Source: Oscillospiraceae bacterium
Lineage (GTDB): Bacteria; Bacillota_I; Bacilli_A; RF39; UBA660
Assembly (NCBI GenBank): GCA_963632935.1
Contig: CAVGWA010000002.1
Span: 5,197-69,196, forward strand
Reading direction: 5' to 3'
DNA length: 64,000 nt
In this document: piece by piece, positions 45,925 through 55,600 of the stretch
How the letters are laid out: every line of letters starts with the position of its first letter
Position numbering within the stretch: the first letter of the stretch is position 1
Position numbers and translations under genes: made by a program
The notes under the pieces: generated by a model
The model's database searches: none
The model's input: only the letters and a program-made list of their open reading frames with translations
What the model was told of the DNA's origin: nothing

Positions 45925-45953
45925 TTGATTATAAACTGGTATAAGCATATAAT
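45925..45953 (+). promoter_or_regulatory. Near-consensus sigma-A promoter with no protein gene downstream
   Basis: TTGATT (45925-45930) - 17 nt - TATAAT (45948-45953). The next + strand CDS is more than 2 kb away. Confidence 0.55.
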
Positions 45954-45954
45954 C

Positions 45955-46056
45955 TTAATTAAAGAGAGGAAAAACGCACCAAAAAAAGATATAAAAGAAA
46001 TTTTGAATTTTTGTAATACTCACTCCATTAAAAAAATAGCTTAACCATAACCTCAT
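45955..46056 (-). CDS. Candidate 33-aa hydrophobic peptide ORF (speculative; possible type I toxin)
   Basis: My translation is MRLWLSYFFNGVSITKIQNFFYIFFWCVFPLFN. GAGAGG lies 12 nt upstream of the ATG, and a TATAAT lies about 7 nt further upstream on the - strand. The T-rich strand may produce this ORF by chance. Confidence 0.2.
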   Translation of the reverse strand: MRLWLSYFFNGVSITKIQNFFYIFFWCVFPLFN

Positions 46057-46105
46057 TTTTGGTGCATACCTCTCATATTATTATATCTAACAGGTTATGA
46101 TTAAG
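45964..46105. other. Structured intergenic element: two crossing long-range helices
   Basis: Helix 1 pairs 45964-45969 plus 45976-45985 with 46056-46065 plus 46069-46074 (6+10 bp, all Watson-Crick). Helix 2 pairs 46040-46052 with 46093-46105 (13 bp). Its one non-canonical pair is C-A on the + strand but G-U on the - strand. Confidence 0.5.
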
Positions 46106-46128
46106 TTATTCTCGTTTTGAAGAAGCTA

Positions 46129-47172
46129 TTATGCTTCTTTTTCTACATAATATGCATAATATTCTTCTAAAGTAATATTATCATTATATATAATTTTAGC
46201 TGCCTTTTTTCCAACATATCTATAATGCCATGACTCATATTTATATCCTGTAATATCTTCTTTGTCTTTTGGGAATCTTAAAATAAAGCCATATTTATAA
46301 GCGTTATTTTTAAGCCATTTTGCTTCATCAGTATTATCAAATTTATCACTTATTTCATTTAAATCAGCACATAAACCAGTTTGATGTTCTGAATAACCAG
46401 GTCTAGCCGAATAAATATCAGCATTTTGCTTACCATCGCGAGCAACATAATTATTATATAAGGTATTTTGATATTCATAACTTCTATAAGATGACATATT
46501 ATAAATAATAATATTATCAAGTTTTGCTCCATCAATCATTTCCATTAAAGCTAAAGCAGCTTCTTTTTTCATTTTATTATTAGTTCCTTTATTATACTGG
46601 CCAGTTAAAGAAATTAAATCATTAGGTATATAATTGGAATTTAAATGATAAAATTTATTAACTAAAATTAAATTGCCATCATTTAAATTGCTATCAATTA
46701 AATTACTATAAAATCCTAAATCAGCTTTAGAATTAACAATACCAATTACTTTTTTAGAATTTATATTGTGATTATTTCCATAATCCAAATAACGTGCAAC
46801 ATTTTTATTAATATAATACTTTTCTAAAACTAAACTTGCTAGTAAACTAGATGCAGGGTAATTCATTAAATCATAATTAGAATTAATAATTGTAATAATA
46901 TCTTCTAAATCAGCTTTTTTATTTTTAGAATAATATTTTAAATATTTTTCAAAATTCTTTTCTTTATAATTTTTATAATTTAAAATATTAATTATATTTT
47001 TATCATAACCATATTTTAATATTAAACTGTAATTATCTTTAGATACTTTATTAACAATTACTTTAATTTCATCTTCACTATAGCCTTTATTTTTAAAATC
47101 ATTATTTTTATTAAAAAGAAAATAAAATAAAAAAGTAAAAAAACAGATAAATATAATAATGACTTTTTTCAT
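46129..47172 (-). CDS. VanY-type D-alanyl-D-alanine carboxypeptidase (peptidase M15B), membrane anchored, paralogue 1
   Basis: SYRSYEYQ, SEHQTGLCADL and ESWHYRYVG (zinc ligand motifs). N-terminal TM helix. The ATG at 47172 follows RBS aaggtgg. Confidence 0.85.
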   Translation of the reverse strand: MKKVIIIFICFFTFLFYFLFNKNNDFKNKGYSEDEIKVIVNKVSKDNYSLILKYGYDKNIINILNYKNYKEKNFEKYLKYYSKNKKADLEDIITIINSNYDLMNYPASSLLASLVLEKYYINKNVARYLDYGNNHNINSKKVIGIVNSKADLGFYSNLIDSNLNDGNLILVNKFYHLNSNYIPNDLISLTGQYNKGTNNKMKKEAALALMEMIDGAKLDNIIIYNMSSYRSYEYQNTLYNNYVARDGKQNADIYSARPGYSEHQTGLCADLNEISDKFDNTDEAKWLKNNAYKYGFILRFPKDKEDITGYKYESWHYRYVGKKAAKIIYNDNITLEEYYAYYVEKEA

Positions 47173-47182
47173 GCTAACCACC

Positions 47183-48130
47183 TTACTTATCTAAATAATA
47201 TGCATAATATTCATCATAAGTTAAACCACTTTTATAAACCTTTGAAGCCAATTCTTTTCCAAGGTATCTATAATGCCATGACTCATAGTTATATCCAGTA
47301 ATTTTATCTTTATCCTTTGGATATCTTAAAATAAATCCATATTTGTAACTATTATTACTAAGCCATTTAAATGCATCAGTATTTTCAAAAGTGTTCATAT
47401 TAGCTCCTGGTGTAAATATATCTAAAGAAAGTCCCGTTTGATGTTCTGAAAAATTAGGTCTTGCCGCATATTCATCTGCATATTCTTGACCTTTTTTATT
47501 CTCATAGTCATCATATATTTCTTTTTGTAAATTATAATCTCTATAAGAGGAATTTACAATTAATGTAATATTTTCCTCCTTAGCTGCTTTACTCATTTCC
47601 TTAAAAGCAGAGTATACATCTTTTCTAATACTATTTCCAGAATATGCATACCAATTACTCATCTCAACAATATCATCCGGTGCATATTTATCAGGCAATG
47701 ATGTATATTTATTAACTAAAATAGCATATCCTTTTTTCATATCAGCTGTTTTTGTATTGGTATATGCCTTATTATTCGCACCGACATTTACTAAAGAAAT
47801 AACCAAACTATAATCAACTTTCTTATTTTTATATACCTTATCAATATAACTTATATATTTACTATAATTCTTCCAAATAAAATATTTTCCATTAATTAAT
47901 GGAATAAAATCATCTTCATATTTATTATTAATTGCATATTCAATATATTTTTTATCAAATCTTATAATCTTTTTAATTTCTTTTTCACTATATCCAGCTT
48001 TTTCTAATTTATATTCATAACTAGTATAATATTTATATAAGTTTATTCCTACAATACTCAAAACAATAATAACAATAATCACAGCAAAACCAACAATAAC
48101 ACTCTTTTTCAAACGACGTTTATAATTCAT
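47183..48130 (-). CDS. VanY-type D-alanyl-D-alanine carboxypeptidase (peptidase M15B), paralogue 2
   Basis: SYRDYNLQ, SEHQTGLSLDI and ESWHYRYLG, with an N-terminal TM helix. In tandem with 46129-47172. Confidence 0.85.
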   Translation of the reverse strand: MNYKRRLKKSVIVGFAVIIVIIVLSIVGINLYKYYTSYEYKLEKAGYSEKEIKKIIRFDKKYIEYAINNKYEDDFIPLINGKYFIWKNYSKYISYIDKVYKNKKVDYSLVISLVNVGANNKAYTNTKTADMKKGYAILVNKYTSLPDKYAPDDIVEMSNWYAYSGNSIRKDVYSAFKEMSKAAKEENITLIVNSSYRDYNLQKEIYDDYENKKGQEYADEYAARPNFSEHQTGLSLDIFTPGANMNTFENTDAFKWLSNNSYKYGFILRYPKDKDKITGYNYESWHYRYLGKELASKVYKSGLTYDEYYAYYLDK

Positions 48131-48252
48131 ATTATCACCACTACCATTATAGCACGGATAATATTAATTTTAACTCAAAATTATAACATTTTACTATACA
48201 AAAATTAAAATAAATGTTACAATTAACTTGTATATTAGCAGAGGGTGGTTAG

Positions 48253-48672
48253 GTGAAATATTTAGGATTAGATTTAGGAACAAGAACTCTTGGAATCTCA
48301 ATTTCAGATATGACAAAAACTATCGCAACAACATATGGTACAATAAGATTTGAAGATGAAGATTATGACACAGCCATAAATGAATTAGCAACTATTATAC
48401 AAAAAGAACCTATTGAAAAATTTGTTTTAGGTTTTCCTAAAAACATGAATGGTACAGTAGGCCCACGAGCTTTAACAACATTAGAATTTAAAACAAAATT
48501 AGAAAATACATTTCATCTTCCAGTTGAAATGCAGGATGAAAGATTATCTACAAAAGAAGCAAGTGGTTATATGATAAAAGCTGACATGTCTAGAAAAAAA
48601 AGAAAACAAAAAATAGACAGTTTAGCTGCTAATATTATTTTGCAAACATATTTAGATAAAAGAAAGGACTGA
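48253..48672 (+). CDS. ruvX: Putative pre-16S rRNA nuclease / Holliday junction resolvase-like YqgF (RuvX)
   Basis: YLGLDLGTRTLGISISD...GFPKNMNGT...DERLST. GTG start after gagggtgg. Confidence 0.9.
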   Translation: MKYLGLDLGTRTLGISISDMTKTIATTYGTIRFEDEDYDTAINELATIIQKEPIEKFVLGFPKNMNGTVGPRALTTLEFKTKLENTFHLPVEMQDERLSTKEASGYMIKADMSRKKRKQKIDSLAANIILQTYLDKRKD

Positions 48673-48676
48673 TAAA

Positions 48677-48997
48677 ATGGTAGAAAATAATGGTGTAATT
48701 AAATTTAAAGCTATTGATGATGAAGGTAGACAATTAGATTGTGAGGCATTATTTTTATTTGAATCGCCTGAAACTAAGAAAAATTATATTGTATATACTG
48801 ACCATTCAATTGACAATGAAGGAAATACAAAGGTATATGCTTCAATTTATGAACCAAATGATTTAAAAACAGATGAAGATAATGAATTTGCAGCTTTACC
48901 ATTAAAACCAATTGAAACCGATAAAGAATGGAAAATAATTGAAACTATCTTAAACGAAATGCAATCACAAATGGAATCAGCAAGCTCTGCAGAGTAG
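48677..48997 (+). CDS. DUF1292 protein (YrzB-like)
   Basis: 106 aa: DDEGRQLDCEALFLFESPETKKNYIVYTD. Sits between ruvX and mltG as yrzB does in Bacillus. Confidence 0.75.
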   Translation: MVENNGVIKFKAIDDEGRQLDCEALFLFESPETKKNYIVYTDHSIDNEGNTKVYASIYEPNDLKTDEDNEFAALPLKPIETDKEWKIIETILNEMQSQMESASSAE

Positions 48998-49006
48998 GTT
49001 TTTACT

Positions 49007-50089
49007 TTGAAAAAAGTTCGTAAGTTTTCACTAAGTAAATTCTTACTCTTTTTAATGCTTCTAGTAATTATATCAGTATTAATCGTTATTGGAATTTACA
49101 AATATCAAACAAGTGCTGTCAGCACAGACACTGATTCAAAAACAATTACTGTTGATTCAGGGGATAATTATTTTACGATTGCTAGTAAATTGAAAAAACA
49201 AAATTTAATTCGTTCAGAGACATTTTATAAACTATATTTAAAATTTGCTAAACCAACAGGTTTAATTAATGGTAAATATGATTTAAATGAAGCAATGAGC
49301 GTTCCTGAAATAGTAAAAGTTTTAGGAGATAAAAAAAATCAAAAAGATAGTACAATAAAAATAACCTTTAGAGAAGGTTTAACAATTAAACAAATGGCAA
49401 AAATTGTCGAAGAAAAAACAAATATTAAACAAGATGATTTTATAGCAAAAATAGCTGATGTAAATTATTTAAAAAATCTTCAAGATGATTATTGGTTTTT
49501 AACTGATAGTATTTATAACAATCAAATATATTATCCTTTAGAAGGATATATGTTTCCTGATACTTATCACTTTGAAGAAAAAGATTTAACAATAGACGGA
49601 ATAGTCCGTAAAATATTGGATAATACATTAGATAAATTAACTCCTTATAAAGAAATAATAACAAATGGAAAATATAATATACATCAAATATTAACTTTAG
49701 CTTCAATAATTGAACTAGAAGCAGTTACTGATTCAGATAGGGCATCAGTGGCTGGAGTGCTTTATAATAGGCTTAATAAAGGATGGACATTAGGTTGCGA
49801 TGTTACTACATATTATGCATCAAAAAAATTATTAACAGATACATTAACTAAAGATGATTTAAATAGTTGTAATGGCTATAATACAAGATGCTCTTCAATG
49901 GTTGGACTTCCAATCGGACCAATTGATAATCCTAGTATAAGTTCAATAAAAGCTGCTATCAATCCAACAGTTAGTGATTATTATTATTTTGTAGCCGATA
50001 CTAATAAAAAAGTATATTTCACTAAATCAAGTACTGAACATGCACAAATAATTGCAAAACTTAAAAAAGAGGGAATATGGGCAGCATAA
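49007..50089 (+). CDS. mltG: Endolytic murein transglycosylase MltG (YceG-like)
   Basis: N-terminal TM helix, then ...ASIIELEA...YNRL...GLPIGPIDNPSISSIKAAINP...YYYFVAD. TTG start. Confidence 0.85.
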   Translation: MKKVRKFSLSKFLLFLMLLVIISVLIVIGIYKYQTSAVSTDTDSKTITVDSGDNYFTIASKLKKQNLIRSETFYKLYLKFAKPTGLINGKYDLNEAMSVPEIVKVLGDKKNQKDSTIKITFREGLTIKQMAKIVEEKTNIKQDDFIAKIADVNYLKNLQDDYWFLTDSIYNNQIYYPLEGYMFPDTYHFEEKDLTIDGIVRKILDNTLDKLTPYKEIITNGKYNIHQILTLASIIELEAVTDSDRASVAGVLYNRLNKGWTLGCDVTTYYASKKLLTDTLTKDDLNSCNGYNTRCSSMVGLPIGPIDNPSISSIKAAINPTVSDYYYFVADTNKKVYFTKSSTEHAQIIAKLKKEGIWAA

Positions 50090-50661
50090 TAGAATTAGAA
50101 GAATATGCTAAAAAAGAAAATGTTCCAATAATTCAAAAAGATGGGTTAAAATTTTTGATAAAAATGGTAAAAGAAAATAATGTGAAAACAATCTTAGAAA
50201 TTGGAACAGCTATAGGATATTCAGCTATCAACATGGCAAAAATTGATAGCGAAATAAAAATTACAACTATTGAACGCAATTTAAAAATGTATAATGAAGC
50301 TTTAAAAAATATTAAAGAATTTAATTTAGAAAATCAAATAAAATTAATATATGGTGATGCATTATTAACGCAAATAAATGGTAAATATGATTTGATATTT
50401 ATAGATGCCGCAAAGGCACAATATATTAAATTTTTTGAAAAATATAAAATAAATTTAAATCAAAATGGAATTATTTTAACTGATAACTTAAATTTCCATG
50501 GATTAACTAAAAACCCAGAAGAGATAAAAAGTAAAAATTTAAAGGCATTAGTAAAAAAAATAAATTTATATAAAGAATTTTTAAAAGAAAATAAATTATA
50601 TACTACAACTTTTTATGAAATTGGCGATGGCATTGCCATTAGTAAAAGAAAAGGGGAATAA
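50077..50661 (+). CDS. trmR: SAM-dependent O-methyltransferase, YrrM/TrmR-like
   Basis: ILEIGTAIGYSAINMA...TIERN...FIDAAKAQY (class I methyltransferase, caffeoyl-CoA OMT-like). The position after mltG matches B. subtilis yrrM. Confidence 0.65.
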   Translation: MGSIIELEEYAKKENVPIIQKDGLKFLIKMVKENNVKTILEIGTAIGYSAINMAKIDSEIKITTIERNLKMYNEALKNIKEFNLENQIKLIYGDALLTQINGKYDLIFIDAAKAQYIKFFEKYKINLNQNGIILTDNLNFHGLTKNPEEIKSKNLKALVKKINLYKEFLKENKLYTTTFYEIGDGIAISKRKGE

Positions 50662-50662
50662 A

Positions 50663-51364
50663 ATGGATATAAAAAGAATAAAGGCTAAGGCTAAAAAAAA
50701 TTTAAGAGAAAATAACTTAACTGTTATTTTAGCTTTCTTAATATATACAGTCTTTGGTATTGCGTGCATTGGAGTTTCAAATATTATAAAAGAAAGGACA
50801 ATGTATATATTTTTACAGTTAATAATTACTAGCCTATTTTATATGGGGTTACTTCAAATAATTATAAAAACCGCTCGTGGAGAAAAAGTAAAACTAGAAG
50901 AACTTTTTTCAAGAACCGATTTATTTTGGCGATGTGCTGCAGTTACAATAATATTTTTATTTATAAATGTAATATGTGGATTATTAGAATTTACTGCTGT
51001 TCGTTCCTTAACTGTATTCATTTCATATCAAACAGAACTTAATATCGTATTATCTTCTTTTATGATTGTTATAGGGATAATTTTAAGCATTATAATTGCT
51101 ATATCTTGGCTAATAATTATGCTTTATTTTTCACAAAGTTATTTAATTTTATATGATAACGAAGAAATGCCTTTAAAAGAAATATTTGAAAAAAGTATGG
51201 ATATGATGGATGGTCATAAGGTCGAATATATTATATTATGCTTAAGTTTCTTAGGGTGGGCAGTATTAGGAATATTTACCTTTGGAATTTTATATTTTTG
51301 GTTAATACCATATATGGTTGTAAGTTTAGTTATTTTTTATGATGAAATTAAAGGTTCTAATTAG
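50663..51364 (+). CDS. DUF975-family membrane protein
   Basis: Begins MDIKRIKAKAKKNLRENNLTVILAFLIY and has several TM helices. The ATG at 50663 follows RBS aaagggga. Confidence 0.6.
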   Translation: MDIKRIKAKAKKNLRENNLTVILAFLIYTVFGIACIGVSNIIKERTMYIFLQLIITSLFYMGLLQIIIKTARGEKVKLEELFSRTDLFWRCAAVTIIFLFINVICGLLEFTAVRSLTVFISYQTELNIVLSSFMIVIGIILSIIIAISWLIIMLYFSQSYLILYDNEEMPLKEIFEKSMDMMDGHKVEYIILCLSFLGWAVLGIFTFGILYFWLIPYMVVSLVIFYDEIKGSN

Positions 51365-51423
51365 GACCTTTTATTATGCAAATTATTTTAAAAAATGATA
51401 TAATTAATAACCGGAGGAGAAAT

Positions 51424-52227
51424 ATGAACAAAATAGCTGCAGTATTAACTAGTATAAATCAAGCATATGATATTAAAGATTATGTTGATGCTTATCTTAT
51501 ACCTTTAAAAGATTTAAGTATTAATTATATAAATTCATTTACATTAGATGAAATAAAAAAAATAAAAGAATTAAATAAAGAAATATTTATTATTTTAAAT
51601 AAAAATATACATAATGATGAATTAGATATATTAAAACAAACTTTAAAAGAAATAGAAAAATTGAATATAAATGGGATTATGTTTTATGATATTTCTTTAG
51701 TAAATTTAAAACTAAAATTAAATTTAAAAACATCATTAGTATGGTCACAAGAACATTTAGTAACCAATTATGGAACTATAAATTATTGGAATAAAAAGGG
51801 TATAGAATATGCTTACTTGTCATCGGAACTTACAAAAAGAGAAATAGATGAAATTAGAGGAAACACTAATTCAAAATTATTTTTAAATGTTTTTGGATAT
51901 ATTCCAATGTTTACATCTAAAAGGCATTTAGTAGATAATTATGTAGATACATTTAATCTTGAAAACAATAAACAAAATACGATATTTAAAGAAGGTAAAA
52001 TGTATAATATAATGGATGTAAATTTAGGAACGACAGTATATTCAAATTATATTTTAAATATAGTAGAACAAAATTTTAAAAATATAGATTATTTAGTTTT
52101 TAATAGTAATTTAATAGATGAAAAAGATTTTTGTGAAGTGTTAGAAAATTATAATAAAGATGTACATAATAAATTAAAAAAAGAAACAGGATTTTTATAT
52201 CAAGAAACAATATATAAGGTGAAGTAA
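51424..52227 (+). CDS. yrrN: Peptidase U32-family protein, YrrN-like
   Basis: Position and size match yrrN, and it is paired with the following U32 gene. RBS ggaggag lies before the ATG at 51424. Confidence 0.6.
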   Translation: MNKIAAVLTSINQAYDIKDYVDAYLIPLKDLSINYINSFTLDEIKKIKELNKEIFIILNKNIHNDELDILKQTLKEIEKLNINGIMFYDISLVNLKLKLNLKTSLVWSQEHLVTNYGTINYWNKKGIEYAYLSSELTKREIDEIRGNTNSKLFLNVFGYIPMFTSKRHLVDNYVDTFNLENNKQNTIFKEGKMYNIMDVNLGTTVYSNYILNIVEQNFKNIDYLVFNSNLIDEKDFCEVLENYNKDVHNKLKKETGFLYQETIYKVK

Positions 52228-52228
52228 T

Positions 52229-53419
52229 ATGAAAAAACCAGAATTATTAGCTCCGGCTGGAGATTTAGAAAGATTAAAAATTGCTCTTTTATATGGTGCA
52301 GATGCAGTTTATATTGGTGGTGCATTTAATTTAAGGGCAAATGCTGATAATTTTAAAATAGAAGAAATCAAGCAAGGTGTTATCTATGCTCATAGTTTAA
52401 ATAAAAAGGTATATGTAACAGTTAATATTTCTATGCATAATAAAGAATATGAAAAAATAAAAAATTACATATTAAAGTTAGATGAAATAGATGTTGATGC
52501 TATTATTATTAGTGATCCTGCTATTTTAGAATTTACAAAAAATACAGATTTAGATGTACATCTTTCAACACAAGCTTCAACTTTAAATAAAGAAGCAGTT
52601 GAATTTTGGAAAAGTGAAGGTGTAAAAAGAATTGTATTAGCTCGTGAATGTACAAGGGAAGATATTAAAGATATAAAGAAAAATATTGATATAGAGTTAG
52701 AAACGTTTATTCATGGTGCTATGTGTGCATCTTATAGTGGTAGATGTGTACTTTCCAATTTTTTAACAAATAGAGATTCAAACAGAGGTGGGTGCAGTCA
52801 AATATGTAGATGGGATTTTGATTTATACGATGATAAAAATCATTTAAAAGGAGATAAACCATTTACATTTTGTACTAAAGATTTATCCATGGCAAAGCAT
52901 ATTCCAGACTTAATAAATTTAAATGTTGATAGTCTAAAAATAGAAGGAAGAATGAGATCAATATATTATATTGCAACAGTAGTTAAAGTATACCGAAAAT
53001 TAATTGATGAATATTGTAATAATAAAGAAAATTATGAATATAATTTAAAGTATGAAAAAACATTAAGAAAAGTAGCAAATAGAGATTCAATTACACAGTT
53101 TTTTGATGGTAACTTTGGAAAAGATGTTCAATATTATAATGGCCGTCAGGAAATTACTAATCAAGATTTTTTAGGTTTAGTTTTAGACTATGATGAACAG
53201 GAAAAATTAATAAAGCTTCAACAAAGAAATTACTTTAAAAAAGGTGATGAAGTAGAAATATTCGGACCACACAATTCTTTTAAATTTAAAGTAGAATTAA
53301 TATATGACGAAGATAAAAAACTAATAGAAATAGTAAGACATCCTAAACAAATTGTATATGTAAAATCATCAATAAAAGTTAGTAAAAATGATATGATGAA
53401 AACTGTTGACAAAGGGTAA
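52229..53419 (+). CDS. yrrO: Peptidase U32-family protein, YrrO-like
   Basis: PELLAPAGDLERLKIALLYGADAVYIGG...E.FIHGAMCASYSGRCVLSN...LKIEGRMRS is the classic U32 signature. Confidence 0.85.
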   Translation: MKKPELLAPAGDLERLKIALLYGADAVYIGGAFNLRANADNFKIEEIKQGVIYAHSLNKKVYVTVNISMHNKEYEKIKNYILKLDEIDVDAIIISDPAILEFTKNTDLDVHLSTQASTLNKEAVEFWKSEGVKRIVLARECTREDIKDIKKNIDIELETFIHGAMCASYSGRCVLSNFLTNRDSNRGGCSQICRWDFDLYDDKNHLKGDKPFTFCTKDLSMAKHIPDLINLNVDSLKIEGRMRSIYYIATVVKVYRKLIDEYCNNKENYEYNLKYEKTLRKVANRDSITQFFDGNFGKDVQYYNGRQEITNQDFLGLVLDYDEQEKLIKLQQRNYFKKGDEVEIFGPHNSFKFKVELIYDEDKKLIEIVRHPKQIVYVKSSIKVSKNDMMKTVDKG

Positions 53420-53468
53420 AATATGTAGTAATATTTTGTGGAGTGATAAAGAGAGCTGAGGTGAAAAA

Positions 53469-53936
53469 ATGACAAACAATGAAGTTTATGTAACTGAACA
53501 AGGTTTAGCTGACATGAAAAAAGAATTAGAATATTTAAAAATGGAAAAGAGACCAGCAGTTATTGAAGCTTTAAAAGAAGCTAGAGCCTTAGGCGATTTA
53601 AGCGAAAATGCTGAATATGATGCAGCACGAAATGAGCAATCAGAAACTGAAAATCGTATTGCAACATTGGAAAAGCAAATAGAAAAAGCTATTATAATAA
53701 AAAATGTCAAAACAGATAAAGTTTCAGTTGGTAACACAGTTGAATTAGAATATATAGAAGATGGTGATAAAGATACATACACTATAGTTGGTATCAAAGA
53801 AGCAGATCCATTTTCAAATAAAATATCTAATGAATCTCCAATTGCTAAAGCAATAATGGGTTCAAAAGCCGGAGATATAGTTACTGTTTCTAGTCCAAAT
53901 GGAGAATATCAAGTAAAAGTAGTATCAATAAATTAG
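53469..53936 (+). CDS. greA: Transcription elongation factor GreA
   Basis: LKEARALGDLSENAEYDAARNEQ and a C-terminal ISNESPIAKAIMGSKAGD. Confidence 0.95.
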   Translation: MTNNEVYVTEQGLADMKKELEYLKMEKRPAVIEALKEARALGDLSENAEYDAARNEQSETENRIATLEKQIEKAIIIKNVKTDKVSVGNTVELEYIEDGDKDTYTIVGIKEADPFSNKISNESPIAKAIMGSKAGDIVTVSSPNGEYQVKVVSIN

Positions 53937-53956
53937 CGAATATTTTTCGCTTTTTT
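53935..53956 (+). terminator. Rho-independent terminator after greA
   Basis: agcgaa / ttcgct stem, 5-nt loop, T6. Confidence 0.75.
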
Positions 53957-54039
53957 AATGGATAAAATTTCCTTGACTTATATCTTTATTATCTATACAA
54001 TAGAATTAGGGAATTGAATTCCCATATGGAGGTAAATAT

Positions 54040-55593
54040 ATGAACAATTCTATTTTCTCCATATTGCTAATTTTAATTGGTCTTTTTGTAGGTATTATCT
54101 TAATGATAATTTTAAATTCCTTGAAAATACTATCTGCAACAAAAAAAGCACAAAGCTTATTAGATGAAGCAAAAAAAGAAGCAAATAAATTAAAAAGGGA
54201 TAGTATTTTAGAAGCAAAAGAAGAAAATCATAGGTTAAAAGCTGAATTAGATAAAGAAACAAAAGAAAAAAAACAAGAAATAAAAGAGTCTGAAGAACGT
54301 CTTTTAGCTCGTGAAGAAAGTATAGATAGGCGCGATCAAACATTACAAAATCGTGAACAACTATTAGATGAAAAGGAAAATAATTTAAGTTTAAAACAAA
54401 AAGATATTCAAGAAAAGCAAATGGAACTAGAAGAGGCAAAAAATGAACAGCTAAAACAACTAGAAAAAATTGCTGGATATTCTAAAGAACAAGCTAAAAA
54501 AGTAATAATGAAAAAAGTAGAAGATATGATGAACCTAGAAGTAACATCATACATAAAGGACAGAGAAGCCGAAGCTAAATTGGAAGCTGATAAAAAATCA
54601 AAAGAATTATTAGTTTCAACTATGCAAAGATATTCTTCTGATGTAGTAAGTGAACAAACAGTAACTGTTGTTAATTTACCAAACGATGAAATGAAAGGTA
54701 GAATTATAGGTAGAGAAGGAAGAAATATAAGAACTATAGAAGCGGTAACTGGAGTTGATTTAATAATTGACGATACTCCAGAGGCTATAGTGGTTTCTAG
54801 TTTTGATCCGTTTAGAAGAGAAATTGCAAGATTAACATTAGAAACATTAATTAAAGATGGAAGAATTCATCCAAGTAGAATTGAAGAAGTTTATGACAAA
54901 ACAGCTAAAGAAATGCAAGCACAACTAATTGAAATTGGTAATAATGCGTTATTTGAACTTGGAATTACTAAAGTAGAACCTGATTTAGTTGAAATATTAG
55001 GAAAACTTAAATTTAGAACAAGTTTTGGTCAAAATGCATTAAAACATTCAATGGAAGTTGCTAATTTGGCTGGACTTTTAGCGAGCGAATTAGGTGAAAA
55101 TGAAACTTTAGCAAAACGTGCTGGATTATTTCATGATATAGGTAAAGCGATAGACCATGAAGTAGAAGGAAGTCATGTGGAATTAGGGGCAACATTAGCT
55201 CGAAAATACGGTGAAAATGATATTGTTATCAATGCAATTGAATCTCATCATGGTGATACTGAAGCAACAAGCATTATAAGTGTTTTAGTTGCCATAGCAG
55301 ATAGTTTGTCAGCATCAAGACCAGGAGCTAGAAATGATTCTTTAGAAAATTATATTAAAAGATTAACAGACCTAGAACAGCTAGGAAATGATACTGAAGG
55401 TGTTGAAAAAACATATGCTGTTCAAGCAGGTAGAGAACTTAGAGTGATTGTTAAACCTGATAAAGTAGACGATTTAACAAGTGTTAAAGTAGCTAGAGAA
55501 ATAAAAAATAAAATTGAAGAAAATCTTCAATATCCAGGAACAATTAAAGTAGTTGTTATTAGAGAAACAAGAGTAACAGAAGAAGCTAAATAG
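54040..55593 (+). CDS. rny: Ribonuclease Y
   Basis: N-terminal TM helix, coiled coil, KH domain ([12 protein letters not shown]) and HD domain (HDIGKA...ESHHGD). Confidence 0.97.
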   Translation: MNNSIFSILLILIGLFVGIILMIILNSLKILSATKKAQSLLDEAKKEANKLKRDSILEAKEENHRLKAELDKETKEKKQEIKESEERLLAREESIDRRDQTLQNREQLLDEKENNLSLKQKDIQEKQMELEEAKNEQLKQLEKIAGYSKEQAKKVIMKKVEDMMNLEVTSYIKDREAEAKLEADKKSKELLVSTMQRYSSDVVSEQTVTVVNLPNDEMKGRIIGREGRNIRTIEAVTGVDLIIDDTPEAIVVSSFDPFRREIARLTLETLIKDGRIHPSRIEEVYDKTAKEMQAQLIEIGNNALFELGITKVEPDLVEILGKLKFRTSFGQNALKHSMEVANLAGLLASELGENETLAKRAGLFHDIGKAIDHEVEGSHVELGATLARKYGENDIVINAIESHHGDTEATSIISVLVAIADSLSASRPGARNDSLENYIKRLTDLEQLGNDTEGVEKTYAVQAGRELRVIVKPDKVDDLTSVKVAREIKNKIEENLQYPGTIKVVVIRETRVTEEAK

Positions 55594-55600
55594 CTTCTTT

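Noticed and set aside
45960-46076. The structured intergenic RNA as 6S RNA, SRP RNA or a riboswitch
   Set aside because: It is too short for 6S RNA (about 115 nt between the closing-helix ends). It lacks the conserved SRP domain IV sequence. No downstream gene exists on either strand for a riboswitch to control.
46040-46105. 13-bp inverted repeats flanking a -10 box as an invertible promoter switch
   Set aside because: The enclosed segment is only 40 bp and no recombinase gene is nearby. RNA helix or terminator interpretations are more plausible.
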